Source of the DNA: Gammaproteobacteria bacterium
GTDB lineage: Bacteria > Pseudomonadota > Gammaproteobacteria > Steroidobacterales > Rariloculaceae
DNA length: 64,000 bases
Assembly: GCA_963664945.1 (NCBI GenBank)
Contig: OY761822.1
Coordinates: 1,135,987 to 1,199,986 of the forward strand
Direction: 5' to 3'
The notes beneath the pieces were generated by a model. The model saw only the letters and a program-made list of their open reading frames with translations, had not been told where the DNA came from and did no database searches. Below are positions 51,076-61,071 of this stretch, one piece after another; the first letter of the stretch is position 1, and every line of letters starts with the position of its first letter. Position numbers and translations under genes: made by a program.

Positions 51076-51234
51076 CTGTGTTTCCTCCGTTCGTTTAGTA
51101 TAGCACCGGCACTTGGTTCTCCCGCCCGCGCCAGCGGGCGCCGCAGTTTACACGTGGATGCCGGTTTGCGCGGAATTTCCACTGTAGAGGCTTAGAATGA
51201 CGATCAGGCGTTTGGTTCAACAGGAGCGCACCGG

Positions 51235-52434
51235 ATGACCGACGTTTCCGAGGCCCAAGCCCTGATTCTCGAGCGCATGGATCCATTTTCCGCTCGGGAC
51301 ACGGCGCTGGATGACAGCATCGGAGCGGTGCTTCGCGAAGACGTCCACGCGGAACGCGACCAACCCCCATTTGACCGCGTCACGATGGACGGCATTGCCA
51401 TCGACCATCGTGCGTGGGAGGCGGGTTGCCGCAGCTACCGAATCGTCGGCGCCCAGGGCGCCGGCGCGCCGGCGCTGTCGATCGCGGGACCCGGTGAGTG
51501 CGTGGAGATCATGACCGGCGCGATGCGGCCGCGCGGGACCGATACGGTCATTCCCGTCGAACGCCTGACAGTCGACGACGGGAAGGCGGTGGTGCAGTCA
51601 TCGGCCGTGGTTTCGCGACGCCAGTTCATTCATCCCCGGGGTTCGGACCGGACCGCGGGCAGCCGGGTGCTGAGCAGCGGACAACGTATCGGGCCGGCCG
51701 AGGTGGCGATCCTGGCCGGCGCGGGCCGCGCGCGGGTTCGCACCACGATGCCGCCGCGCGTGGCGGTGGTTTCCACCGGCGACGAACTCGTCGAGGTCGG
51801 CGAGCCGATCCAGCCGTACCAGATCCGTTCAAGCAATGACCGGGCCATCGAGGCAGCCCTGGTCCGCCGCTTCGGGGCGCGTGTCACGCGGGCGAGCCTC
51901 AGGGACGATCCGGCCGAAATCCTCGAATCCATCGCTCGTCTGCACGATCGGCACGACGTCGTCATCCTCACCGGCGGCGTGTCCATGGGCAAGTATGACT
52001 TTGTCCCCGGCGTGCTCGAACGGCTTGGCGTGGAACTGGTCTTCCATCGCATCGAGCAACGCCCGGGCCGTCCCATGTGGTTCGGTGTCAGCCAGGCGGC
52101 CAAGCCCGTCTTCGCCCTGCCGGGCAACCCGGTTTCCACGCTGGTCTGCCTGATTCGCTACGTGGTTCCGGCCTTGTGGAAGGCCATGGGCGCCGATCCG
52201 GAAACCGAGGAGTGGGTGCAGTTGGCCCGAGAAGTGGAGTTCCCGGCCGATCTCGCCTATTTCCTGCCGGTGACGATGCACGCGAATGCGCATGGATCCC
52301 CGCAGGCCGAGCCGCGGCCCACCAATACTTCCGGAGACTATGCCGCGCTTGGGGGAACGGATGGTTTCGTCGAGCTGCCCCGGGGCGCCGCCGTGTTCCC
52401 GGAGGGTACTTCCGCGCGGCTGTTTCGCTGGTAG
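51235..52434 (+). CDS. moeA: Molybdopterin molybdotransferase
   Basis: ..PPFDRVTMDGIAI.. and ..VVILTGGVSMGKYDFV..LPGNPVSTLV..; 399 aa. Confidence 0.9.
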   Translation: MTDVSEAQALILERMDPFSARDTALDDSIGAVLREDVHAERDQPPFDRVTMDGIAIDHRAWEAGCRSYRIVGAQGAGAPALSIAGPGECVEIMTGAMRPRGTDTVIPVERLTVDDGKAVVQSSAVVSRRQFIHPRGSDRTAGSRVLSSGQRIGPAEVAILAGAGRARVRTTMPPRVAVVSTGDELVEVGEPIQPYQIRSSNDRAIEAALVRRFGARVTRASLRDDPAEILESIARLHDRHDVVILTGGVSMGKYDFVPGVLERLGVELVFHRIEQRPGRPMWFGVSQAAKPVFALPGNPVSTLVCLIRYVVPALWKAMGADPETEEWVQLAREVEFPADLAYFLPVTMHANAHGSPQAEPRPTNTSGDYAALGGTDGFVELPRGAAVFPEGTSARLFRW

Positions 52435-52497
52435 CGGGAGCGCTTCCCCGGCTGCGGTCTCGGCGGTCCCGGTGCGACGCGGGGCTGTCGGCGCGGG

Positions 52498-53478
52498 TTA
52501 CCGGGCGTGGTCCAGCAGGGTCCTGATCTGGCGCGGCTCGGCGCCGAAATCGGCAGGCACGCCGTGCTCGAAATAGCCCAGCCACTCTTCGTGAAACGCC
52601 TGCCAGCGCGCCTCGCGAGGGTCGTCCGAGTGGCTCACCGGCAGCAGCCGCACCTCGAGCGGGCAATGCATGTGGTTGACGATGGCGAGCACCGTTCTGG
52701 AAGGCACGACATCGTCGTCCAGCCCGATACCGACCAGGGTGGGCGCCCTGACGAGGGGTGCGAAATTCAACGTATCGAAGTACTTCAGCGTGTCGTTCAC
52801 GGTATCGTGGCGCCACCGGTACTTTTCCACGTACTGCTTGACCTCGAGCGCCGATCCGCCCAGTGCCAGCCGGCGCCGCTCCTCGTTCCAGCCGAACGTC
52901 GGCTGGCCCAGGACGACAAGGTCGGCGTCGCTGCTGTTCGCCGCGGCCATGAGCGCCAGGGCGCCGCCGAAGCTGAACCCGTAAAAGACCAGCGTGCCGA
53001 CATCGTCATCCAGCAGTTGCCTGGCGGCCCGGACCCCCTGCAGATAGTCGGCAACAGCGCCTCGCAGGATGCTGGTGGCGGGCGATTCGATACCGGTGAG
53101 CAGGTAACCGTCCTCCGAAACGGTGTTCGCGGATGCCGAGCGGCCGAATCCCCGGGCGTCGAAGCCGAATACACTCAGTCCCCGCCGCGCCCAGTCAACG
53201 CGGTGCTCGTAGCGGTCCTGGTACCCATGGGCGTGCACCACCAGCGGGCACGGCTGCCCCGAGATGGGGCGTAACAGGTAACCCCGGATTCGTGTGCCGC
53301 CCAGGGACCGGTACGCAAGATGATGAAGCGTCAGGCCGTCGTCTGTTGTCCGGCTCGACAGGATTTCGGGATTCGGCGCGATTTTGGCGAGTTTCGCCAC
53401 CGTGGACTCCCAGAAACCCAGGAATCCCGGCGGTCTGACGGTGTTCGGTTTGAAACGTTCCAGTCCCTTTACCGGCAT
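52498..53478 (-). CDS. Acetyl xylan esterase / cephalosporin-C deacetylase-like (AXE1) alpha/beta hydrolase
   Basis: Start moved to MPVKGLERFKPNTVRPPGFLGFWESTV... Nucleophile elbow GFSFGG. Only this C-terminal third of the 1044-aa track ORF looks like a real protein. Confidence 0.8.
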   Translation of the reverse strand: MPVKGLERFKPNTVRPPGFLGFWESTVAKLAKIAPNPEILSSRTTDDGLTLHHLAYRSLGGTRIRGYLLRPISGQPCPLVVHAHGYQDRYEHRVDWARRGLSVFGFDARGFGRSASANTVSEDGYLLTGIESPATSILRGAVADYLQGVRAARQLLDDDVGTLVFYGFSFGGALALMAAANSSDADLVVLGQPTFGWNEERRRLALGGSALEVKQYVEKYRWRHDTVNDTLKYFDTLNFAPLVRAPTLVGIGLDDDVVPSRTVLAIVNHMHCPLEVRLLPVSHSDDPREARWQAFHEEWLGYFEHGVPADFGAEPRQIRTLLDHAR

Positions 53479-53526
53479 CGGGGTCGACTGCGCGCGCGAT
53501 GGCACGTTTCCTGCTGCTCTGACGGT

Positions 53527-55602
53527 ATGACATCGGCCATCGACGCTTTCCTGGATCACCCGGTCTGGCGCGACACGCATCGCGCCAGGCTGATTCCCCT
53601 GGGCGAGACAGCGAACGTACGCCGCCACGACTCCGGGGAGATACTCTTTAAACGATTCCACCCCGCGGATCAATTGCTGTTGCTGCGAACGGGATCCGTG
53701 GGGCACGAAATCGGTGGTAACGGCGAGGGCGGCGCCTGGCCCATGGGCAACGTGGCCTGGCCCTGGGCCGCGCTGGGCTGGAGCGGCTTCCTTCCGCCAC
53801 GCCGCAACGGCACCACGGCGCGCGCCCTGACCGGCGTCGAGCTTCTGAGCTGGGAGCATGACGATCTTGCGCGGATTTTCTATTCCGATCCGTTGCTTGC
53901 GGTGAGCTTCTTTCAGATCGTTCTGGACAGCGTCCGGCGTCAGTTCGAATGGATCCGCGGCGAGCGCCTGGCCGCTCAGGGCCCGGGCCCCATCCATGAT
54001 CGTCGGCCTGCAACCGGCGAACAACACGCTCGGCAAGCGTTTGCGCCGGGCATCATCACCGCATTGAGGCGATCGGCGTTTTTCGCCCAGTTCGAGGACT
54101 CCGCCCTGCAGGGACTGGCCGCGAGCGCCAGGCTGACCCGGTGCGGTCCCGGGACCGAATTGGTGCGGCAGGACGAAGCGTTGACAGGGCTCTGGGTGTT
54201 GGCGGGAGGAAGCGCAGTCAGTTATTTCTCCGCGCTCGAAGACGGCGGCGGCAGCAAGGGCCATAGCAGTGGCGAAGGCGGCAGCGTGGTTGCCAATGCC
54301 GACGAAGCCACCGGGGAAAGTCAGGGCGAACGCCTGGTGCGCTTTCTGTCCCTGCCCGCCAGGGGCGGAGTGGCCGCGGGGGTGCCAACCGTGGCTGGCG
54401 GATACCGGGCGGAGGCCACCGTTCGCGCGGTGTCCCCATGCTGGTTCTACCGGATACCAACGCAGTCCATCGAGAACCTGATCGCGAAGGATCCGGAGTT
54501 CGGCCGCAGCTTCGTGCAGCGTCACCTGGCGCGGCTCTCCCATCTCATTACCGCAGCCAGGGTCCCGCGGCCCAGTGCCGACGAGGAACCGGAAATCGTT
54601 GCCCTGAAGTCCGTACTGCAGCAAAACCGGGCACGAATTCCGGTCACCTCGGAGTTGCACAAGGTTCCGCACCTGCTCGCCCACCGGTTGACGACGCGCA
54701 GCGCACTTGCGTGCCTCGATAACGTGCAAGGTACCGGCAGCTATGCCGAGCGTGCCGTCGCGAGGGTCTGCGCCGACGTGCTCGCCGGCATACAGGCCGA
54801 AGTGGGGTTCTACGAGGAGGTCCTGAATGCCTACGCAGCCGTGACCGGCGCTCCGGACGACACGCTGCCCGCGTCGTTGCGGCGTCGTTGCGACCGGATC
54901 ATGGCAATGGCGTTCAACCATTTGCGCGCCGAGATTCGCGGTACGGACCATCTGCCCGGATCGCCCGGACACATCGTGATCATCAACCACCTGTGCTGCC
55001 CGGCCTACTATCAACTGCCGAACGACTACCACTTTTCGTTCGATACGGCCTTCATCAGCGTCCTGCTCAATACCTGTTACGGCGAGTCCCCCGTGCGCGT
55101 GGTCCGCCAGAGTCCGGGCGCGGAATACGGCCACAGTCTGTTCTACAGCCGACTCGGCCACATCACGGTGCCGACGCTCGAATCGGGGATAGAAACGACT
55201 TCGCCCGAGGAGTTGGAGAGGCTGCGGCGTGAAGCGGCCGAAGCGTTTTTCCGACGCGGCCAGGCGGCCATCGGCCGGGGGGAGAACGTGCTGATCTGTC
55301 CGGAAGGGCAGTGCCAGAAGTCGGTGAATTCCCCCGCACGGTTCTATAGCGGCGCGTTCCGCCTGGCGCTGAAAACAGAGCCGGAGCCGTACATCGTCCC
55401 CATCGCCATTGCAGGATTCGACCGTCGCTTCAAGAATGCCGGGCTGGTCGCCCTGGTCCAGCCGCCGTATCGCCTTTCCGAGGCCATGGCGCAACATGGT
55501 ACGGACGATCTGCGCGAGTTCCTGGACGACTACCGTGCCAAATTCGCCGCAGCGGTCAAGGAGGCGCAGCACTTGAGCCAAAGCGCTGTTTCGGTGCCCT
55601 GA
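53527..55602 (+). CDS. Tandem cyclic-nucleotide-binding-like domains fused to a C-terminal PlsC-type acyltransferase-like domain
   Basis: Start moved to MTSAIDAFLDHPVW... The second cNMP-like unit has ..LRRSAFFAQFEDSALQGLAASARLTRCGPGTELVRQDEALTGLWVLAGG... The C-terminus has IVIINHLCCPAYY.. and ..VLICPEGQC (FPEGT-like block); the HX4D aspartate is not obvious. Confidence 0.65.
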   Translation: MTSAIDAFLDHPVWRDTHRARLIPLGETANVRRHDSGEILFKRFHPADQLLLLRTGSVGHEIGGNGEGGAWPMGNVAWPWAALGWSGFLPPRRNGTTARALTGVELLSWEHDDLARIFYSDPLLAVSFFQIVLDSVRRQFEWIRGERLAAQGPGPIHDRRPATGEQHARQAFAPGIITALRRSAFFAQFEDSALQGLAASARLTRCGPGTELVRQDEALTGLWVLAGGSAVSYFSALEDGGGSKGHSSGEGGSVVANADEATGESQGERLVRFLSLPARGGVAAGVPTVAGGYRAEATVRAVSPCWFYRIPTQSIENLIAKDPEFGRSFVQRHLARLSHLITAARVPRPSADEEPEIVALKSVLQQNRARIPVTSELHKVPHLLAHRLTTRSALACLDNVQGTGSYAERAVARVCADVLAGIQAEVGFYEEVLNAYAAVTGAPDDTLPASLRRRCDRIMAMAFNHLRAEIRGTDHLPGSPGHIVIINHLCCPAYYQLPNDYHFSFDTAFISVLLNTCYGESPVRVVRQSPGAEYGHSLFYSRLGHITVPTLESGIETTSPEELERLRREAAEAFFRRGQAAIGRGENVLICPEGQCQKSVNSPARFYSGAFRLALKTEPEPYIVPIAIAGFDRRFKNAGLVALVQPPYRLSEAMAQHGTDDLREFLDDYRAKFAAAVKEAQHLSQSAVSVP

Positions 55603-55672
55603 TTGGCGCGGCCACGGATCCGGCAGTGCCATCCCGGATGACCGTACGGGGCCCGATAGCGGGGCCGGAAAG

Positions 55673-56740
55673 TCAATCCGCTGAGGTCAACGTACGTCCC
55701 GAAGCGCCGGCGAGCACGGCGTGCATTTCCGCCAGCAGCGACAGTGCGATGGATTCCGGGTCGTCGGCGCCGATGTCGAGCCCCACCGGGCCCTTCAGTC
55801 TGCCCTGGAGCGACTCGCCGGCGTCGCCGAGCGCAGCCAGCAGACGCTCGCGGCGGTCCTTCGGGCCCAGCACGCCCAGGTAGTCCACCTGTACCCCGGC
55901 AAGCTGCCGCAGATAGGCCTGATCGGTCATCAGGTGATGGCTCATGACGATGATGGCGTCGAATCGTGCCGGCTCGAGTTCGCTGCTCATCCGCGCCGGA
56001 TCGATCAGCCGGGCGACCTCGGCTGCTTCGAAAACCCCCTTTTCCAGGTAGGCCGGCCGGTGATCGGCAACGGTGACCCGCCAGCCCAACTCTGCGGCCA
56101 TGTTGACGACCGGCACGGCGTCCAGCCCGGCGCCGAGGACCAGCAGTTGCCGGATCGGTTCGAGCGGTGCGTAGAGCACGGCGGCGCCATCCGCCTCGGT
56201 TCGGTAGATGGCCCTGCTGGCCGCCAGAGCGTCCCGGCATCCGGGTACCAGATGCGCTGAGAGGTCAGGGTCTGCGTCACCCTCCTCCCATACGAGTGTC
56301 GTACCCGGTTCAATCGCGCTGTCAGCGCCCGACTTCGCAATGACCGTCGCGATCACAGCCGATTTCGCCAGCAGCAGGCGCTCGGCGATGCCCGCAAACG
56401 GCTGGTAGTCTTCTGCGCAAGTCAGGGGCTGCAACAGGACGCGGATCAGCCCATTGCAACCCACGCCCAGGCCCCACAGGTCATCGGCCTCGTCGCGCAT
56501 GTCGAAGGTGATCGCCAGCGCCACGCCGGTTTCAATCACCCCGCGTGCCCGTTCCGCCAGGTCGCCCTCCAGGCACCCGCCGCTTACCAGGCCCTGGTAG
56601 TCCCCGTTGGCGGCGATCAGTATTCGGTGGCCGGCCTTGCTGTAGGTGGAGCCGATCGTTTCGTAGACCGTCGCAAGAACCATGGGCTCACCGGTCTTTC
56701 GCCAGCGCTCGAAGGTCCGGATGAGTCCGCGCGTGCTCAC
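55673..56740 (-). CDS. XdhC/CoxI-family molybdoenzyme maturation factor
   Basis: ..PMVLATVYETIGSTYSKAGHRILIAANGDYQGLVSGGCLEGDL.. and a Rossmann-like second half LLVLGAGLDAVPV. GTG start overlaps the upstream stop (GTGA). Confidence 0.85.
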   Translation of the reverse strand: MSTRGLIRTFERWRKTGEPMVLATVYETIGSTYSKAGHRILIAANGDYQGLVSGGCLEGDLAERARGVIETGVALAITFDMRDEADDLWGLGVGCNGLIRVLLQPLTCAEDYQPFAGIAERLLLAKSAVIATVIAKSGADSAIEPGTTLVWEEGDADPDLSAHLVPGCRDALAASRAIYRTEADGAAVLYAPLEPIRQLLVLGAGLDAVPVVNMAAELGWRVTVADHRPAYLEKGVFEAAEVARLIDPARMSSELEPARFDAIIVMSHHLMTDQAYLRQLAGVQVDYLGVLGPKDRRERLLAALGDAGESLQGRLKGPVGLDIGADDPESIALSLLAEMHAVLAGASGRTLTSAD

Positions 56741-57633
56741 TCGCCCTCGCCCTCGTCATCGCCCCCGCCCCCGCCCTCGCCGTCGCCCCCGCCCTCGCCG
56801 TCGCCCTCGCCGTCGGCCGGCAGGAAGCGGCCGTTCCCCAGGAACGCGACGACCTGCTCCATGACATCCGCGTCAGTGAGTATGAACGTATGGCTTTCGT
56901 CGACGGCAAGAAAGTCCTGCATTTCCTCGAGGCGCGCGCTGTCCAGGCTGACCTTGCCGTCGTTCGGCTCGGGCAGCGGCGCAGCCTGAAGGAGCATTGC
57001 GTCGAGGCTCGTGCGCGTGCCCGCGATGATGCCGACTTCCAGGTCCACCGGGCCGAGATTCGCCGGCACGCCGTCGGCGCCGGTACCCAACTGCAGCGCG
57101 GCGGGACCCATCACCGCAAACCAGGGTTCATCGGCGAATTCGTCGATCAGTTCGCTGCCGTGATTGGGCGGACCCAGCATCACCATCCGGCTGCCGTCCG
57201 GAACGTCGTGGTCCTGCAGGTAGTGACGCACCAGGATGCCTCCCAGCGAGTGCGCCACGAAGTGCACCGGCGCATCGGGGGGCGACGCGCACTTCGCCAG
57301 GGCCTCCGGGACGTGGGAGCCGGACAACTCCTCAATTGGATCGACAAGCGAAGGGTAACCCTGGTTCACGGTCCGGTACCCTGAGCGGTCCAGGGCGAAC
57401 TTGAGCGGCAGCATGGACAACGAAGTTCGGCCGAGCCCGTGCAGCAGGATCACGCAGGTTTCGGAGTCGGCAGGCGTTGCGACGGATGGCGCCAGGGCGC
57501 CAGCCGCGGCCAGCACGACCGCTAGCAGCCAATGGCAAAAGTCCCCCGTCGCACCGAGACCGGCGCGGCGCCCGGCTGATCGGCCGGGCGCGCTTCCCTC
57601 GCGCGTCGGTGGTCTGTTCGGGCGGACATTCAT
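56737..57633 (-). CDS. Secreted alpha/beta-fold hydrolase (lipase/esterase-like) with an acidic Gly/Glu/Asp-repeat tail
   Basis: ..CVILLHGLGRTS.. and nucleophile elbow AHSLGG. C-terminal ..PADGEGDGEGGGDGEGGGGGDDEGEGE*. Confidence 0.75.
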   Translation of the reverse strand: MNVRPNRPPTREGSAPGRSAGRRAGLGATGDFCHWLLAVVLAAAGALAPSVATPADSETCVILLHGLGRTSLSMLPLKFALDRSGYRTVNQGYPSLVDPIEELSGSHVPEALAKCASPPDAPVHFVAHSLGGILVRHYLQDHDVPDGSRMVMLGPPNHGSELIDEFADEPWFAVMGPAALQLGTGADGVPANLGPVDLEVGIIAGTRTSLDAMLLQAAPLPEPNDGKVSLDSARLEEMQDFLAVDESHTFILTDADVMEQVVAFLGNGRFLPADGEGDGEGGGDGEGGGGGDDEGEGE

Positions 57634-57651
57634 TGTGTCGACAGGCCTGAA

Positions 57652-59040
57652 TCAAGAGTGCGTTGCATGTTCGGTCCGAAGCGATTCGACGAAGCGGCTG
57701 CACCACGCATGGATGTCGTTGCGCTGCAATATTCCGATCATGGACTCGAAGCGTTCCCGGCGCTCTCCCAGGCGCATTTCCACAGCCTGTTGCATGCCGT
57801 CGGCAACGCCCTCCCGGTCATAGGGATTGACCAGTACCGCCCCGCCAAGTTCCTGCGCGGCGCCGGCCAGCGTCGATAACACCAGGACCCCCGGATTTTC
57901 CGGATCCTGCGTGGCCAGGTATTCCTTGGCGACCAGGTTCATGCCGTCGCGAATAGGCGTCACAAGGCCGATGTCCGTCAGCCTGAGCAGCGACATGAGC
58001 ACGCCCCGGTCGTAAGCGCGGTTCAGGTAGCGGATGGGCACCCAGTCCATTTCGGCGAATCGCCCGTTGATGTTGCCGGAGGCGAGTTCCAGTTCCTCCC
58101 GGATGGCGTCATAGGTCCGTACGCCGGTGCGCGTCGGCGGCGCGATCTGCAGGAAAACCACCTGCCCCCGATTGGTCGGATATTTCTTGAGCAAGCGCTG
58201 GAAGGAACGAAAGCGCAACTCCAGCCCCTTGCTGTAGTCCAGCCGGTCGACCCCCATGATCAATTTCCGCTCCCGCAGGCTGTCGGTCAGGCGGTGAACG
58301 CGGCGGTCATCGATATTCTTGGTGGCCAGCCTTCGGCAATCCTCCACATCCACGCCGATGGGAAAAACGTCTGCGCAGAAGGTACGTCCGTACGCCTCGA
58401 TGCGTCGGCCATCCAGCAGCCGCCCGCCGATCCCGGGTTGCCGCATGGAGTCCTGGAAGGCGCGCAGGTCCGTCTCCGTCTGAAACCCGATCACGTCATA
58501 GGACGACATGGAGCGAAGCAGGTGTTCATACGGAGGCAGCGCGCGCAGGGCATCGAAGCTTGGGAAGGGCACGTGAAGAAAGAATCCGATCGGATTGGTG
58601 ACACCCGCCCTGCGCAGTTCCGCGGCCAGGGGGATCAGGTGGTAGTCGTGCACCCAGATGATGTCGCCGGGTTCCAGGAGCGGGACGAGCTTGCGGGCGA
58701 ACAGTTCGTTGACCCGGCAGTAGGCGTCGTACTGGAAGCGCCTGAAGGAGAAGAATCCGAGCATGTAGTGGCACAGCGGCCAGAGGCTGTTGTTGGAGAA
58801 TCCGTTGTAGTAATTCTCGAAATCCCCCCTCTTCAGATCGATGGTGGCGTAGGTGATGCGTCCGCGGGTTTCCAGCACGGGATCGCGCGGGTCCTGGCCG
58901 GTCTTCTTGCCGCTCCAGCCGAACCAGATGCCGCCCTGCTCTTCAAGCGCCGCCAACACGCCCACGGCAAGCCCTCCGGCGACCTTGCCCTTCTTGGGAA
59001 TGGCCACCCGGTTGGAGACGGCGATCAGTCTACCCTGCAT
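57652..59040 (-). CDS. otsA: Alpha,alpha-trehalose-phosphate synthase
   Basis: [50 protein letters not shown]..; 462 aa. Confidence 0.92.
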   Translation of the reverse strand: MQGRLIAVSNRVAIPKKGKVAGGLAVGVLAALEEQGGIWFGWSGKKTGQDPRDPVLETRGRITYATIDLKRGDFENYYNGFSNNSLWPLCHYMLGFFSFRRFQYDAYCRVNELFARKLVPLLEPGDIIWVHDYHLIPLAAELRRAGVTNPIGFFLHVPFPSFDALRALPPYEHLLRSMSSYDVIGFQTETDLRAFQDSMRQPGIGGRLLDGRRIEAYGRTFCADVFPIGVDVEDCRRLATKNIDDRRVHRLTDSLRERKLIMGVDRLDYSKGLELRFRSFQRLLKKYPTNRGQVVFLQIAPPTRTGVRTYDAIREELELASGNINGRFAEMDWVPIRYLNRAYDRGVLMSLLRLTDIGLVTPIRDGMNLVAKEYLATQDPENPGVLVLSTLAGAAQELGGAVLVNPYDREGVADGMQQAVEMRLGERRERFESMIGILQRNDIHAWCSRFVESLRTEHATHS

Positions 59041-59180
59041 GGCTCACGAGCCTCCCTTGTCGGCCGGGCGCCTGGCGGAGCGGTGCTCCGCCTCGCGCCC
59101 GGTGATCGGCTCGAACCCTCGCCGGTCGAATGTTCCCGATGTTTTCTCATCCCGCGCCTTGCCGGTCCCGGCGCCCGCGC

Positions 59181-59246
59181 GAGTCCCGCCGCGGGCCGCC
59201 GGATGTGACGCGCGACTCCCGCCGCGGGCCGCCGGATGCGACGCGT
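59181..59246. repeat. 2 x 33-bp tandem repeat in the GH15-otsA intergenic spacer
   Basis: gagtcccgccgcgggccgccggatgtgacgcgc / gactcccgccgcgggccgccggatgcgacgcgt. Confidence 0.85.
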
Positions 59247-59283
59247 GATTTTCGCCGCCGCCCGCCAGCGGTCGTTGGTGTTG

Positions 59284-61071
59284 TCACAGCGCCTCCTCCC
59301 ATGAACGGCTCAGGCGCGTCGCGCCGTTGACGATGCCCACCATGCTGTAGGTCTGGGGAAAGTTGCCCCAGAGTTCTCCGGTATCGGGGTCCAGGTCCTC
59401 GGAGAGCAATCCAAGCTCGTTGCGCCTTTCCAGCATATTGCAGAAAAGCTCTCTGGCCTCGCGGCGCCGCCCCACGGCCGCGAGGGCGTCAATGTACCAG
59501 AACGTGCAGATGTTGAAGGCCGTCTCGGGCATCCCGAAGTCGTCCGGGTTGGCGTAGCGGAACATGTAAGGGCCCTGGCGAAGTTCGTTTTCCACCGCTT
59601 GCAGGGTGCCCACGAAACGCGGGTCCTGGGCGCGGACGAAGCCCAGGTCCGCAAGCGTCAGCAGGCTCGCATCCAGCGTGTTGCCGCCGAAGGTCCCCAT
59701 GAAGGTCTTCCGCTCGTCGTTCCAGGCGGCGGCAGAAATCGTCTCGTGCAACCGGGCGGCAATCCCGGTCCAGTGATCGGCGCGGTCGTTCATTTTCAGG
59801 TTTCGGGCGATTCTCGCCAGCCGGTCGCAGGCCGCCCAGCACATGGCGCTGGAGTAGGTATGCACTTCCTGCCGGCCCCGATACTCCCAAAGGCCCGCAT
59901 CGGGCTGATCGAACAGTTCCACGGCACGGCCGCCGAGCGCCTCCAGCCGCACGAACTCCTGGCGCCCGCCCTGGCGAGCGAGCCGGCGGTCGAAAAACTG
60001 CTGGGTCGCGGCCAGCACCACGGCGCCATAGACATCGTTCTGGATCTGCAGATAGGCCTGGTTGCCGACGCGAACCGGGCCCATGCCGCGATATCCGGGT
60101 AGCGTCTCGACGATTCGTTCCTCCAGCCGGGCCCGCCCGGACACGCCATATACGGGCTGAAGTTGTTCCGGGCTTCCAAGTTCCCCAACGATGTTGTTCA
60201 GGTAGCCGAGAAACGCCTCCATGGTCTTGGTGACGCCGAGCCTGTTGAGCGCCTTGACCACGTAGTAGCTGTCCCGCAACCAGCAGAAACGGTAGTCCCA
60301 GTTGCGGCCGCTGTGGGCGGCTTCGGGTATCGACGTGGTCAGCGCCGCCAGCACCGCGCCGGTGTCTTCATGGGTGCAGAGCTTGAGGGTGATCGCGGCT
60401 CGGATGACTTCGTCCTGCCACTCGAAGGGCACCGAGAGGCCACGTACCCAGACGTGCCAGTATCTCCGGGTTTCCTCGAGCATCTCCTGGCTGATCTTGT
60501 TCGGATGCTCGGGGATGGTCTCGTCCGCGCCCAGGATCAGGCTGAGGGGTTCCTCGAGCACGATGGCGCGCTCCTCCAGAACCGAGGTCAACGACGCATT
60601 CGTGGTCAGCCGCAGGGTGAATCGGCTGTCCACATAACGGATGTGATTGCTGCCATAGGTGACCTGGGCGCGAGCGCCGCCGTAGTCGGCGGCGGGGCGC
60701 AGACGGATGCGCACGGTCGGGCTGCCCGACAGAGGCGTGATCCGGCGCATGATCGTGATGGGACGGAACGTCCGGCCGAACTGTTCGTAGCGCGGCGCGA
60801 AATCCTCGATGCGCACGCGGCCTCCCGACTTGTCGTGCAGGGTCGTTACCAGGATGGCCGTGTTGCCGTCGTAGGCCTGCTCCGAGCGCTCGAAGTCCAG
60901 GAGTTCCACGGCGAAGAATCCCGTCTCGGCCTCGCCTTCGCCACCAAGCAGCGAGCAGAACGCCGGATCGCTGTCCACGCGCGGAAAGCAGCCCCAGACG
61001 AACCGCCCGAGCGGATCGACCAGCGCACCCACCTGGCAGTTGCCGACGAGCCCGAGGTTCAGCGTGCTCAT
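59284..61071 (-). CDS. Glycoside hydrolase family 15 (glucoamylase/trehalase-like)
   Basis: Start moved to MSTLNLGLVGNCQVGALVDPLGRFVWGCFPR... ..NWDYRFCWLRDSYYV... ATG overlaps the otsB stop (ATGA at 61068..61071). Confidence 0.88.
   Translation of the reverse strand: MSTLNLGLVGNCQVGALVDPLGRFVWGCFPRVDSDPAFCSLLGGEGEAETGFFAVELLDFERSEQAYDGNTAILVTTLHDKSGGRVRIEDFAPRYEQFGRTFRPITIMRRITPLSGSPTVRIRLRPAADYGGARAQVTYGSNHIRYVDSRFTLRLTTNASLTSVLEERAIVLEEPLSLILGADETIPEHPNKISQEMLEETRRYWHVWVRGLSVPFEWQDEVIRAAITLKLCTHEDTGAVLAALTTSIPEAAHSGRNWDYRFCWLRDSYYVVKALNRLGVTKTMEAFLGYLNNIVGELGSPEQLQPVYGVSGRARLEERIVETLPGYRGMGPVRVGNQAYLQIQNDVYGAVVLAATQQFFDRRLARQGGRQEFVRLEALGGRAVELFDQPDAGLWEYRGRQEVHTYSSAMCWAACDRLARIARNLKMNDRADHWTGIAARLHETISAAAWNDERKTFMGTFGGNTLDASLLTLADLGFVRAQDPRFVGTLQAVENELRQGPYMFRYANPDDFGMPETAFNICTFWYIDALAAVGRRREARELFCNMLERRNELGLLSEDLDPDTGELWGNFPQTYSMVGIVNGATRLSRSWEEAL

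Noticed and set aside
53479-55632. N-terminal two-thirds of the 1044-aa minus-strand ORF 52498..55632
   Set aside because: Only the C-terminal 327 aa (from MPVKGLERF, 53478) look like an AXE1-type hydrolase. The rest is the antisense of the well-structured plus-strand cNMP/acyltransferase gene.
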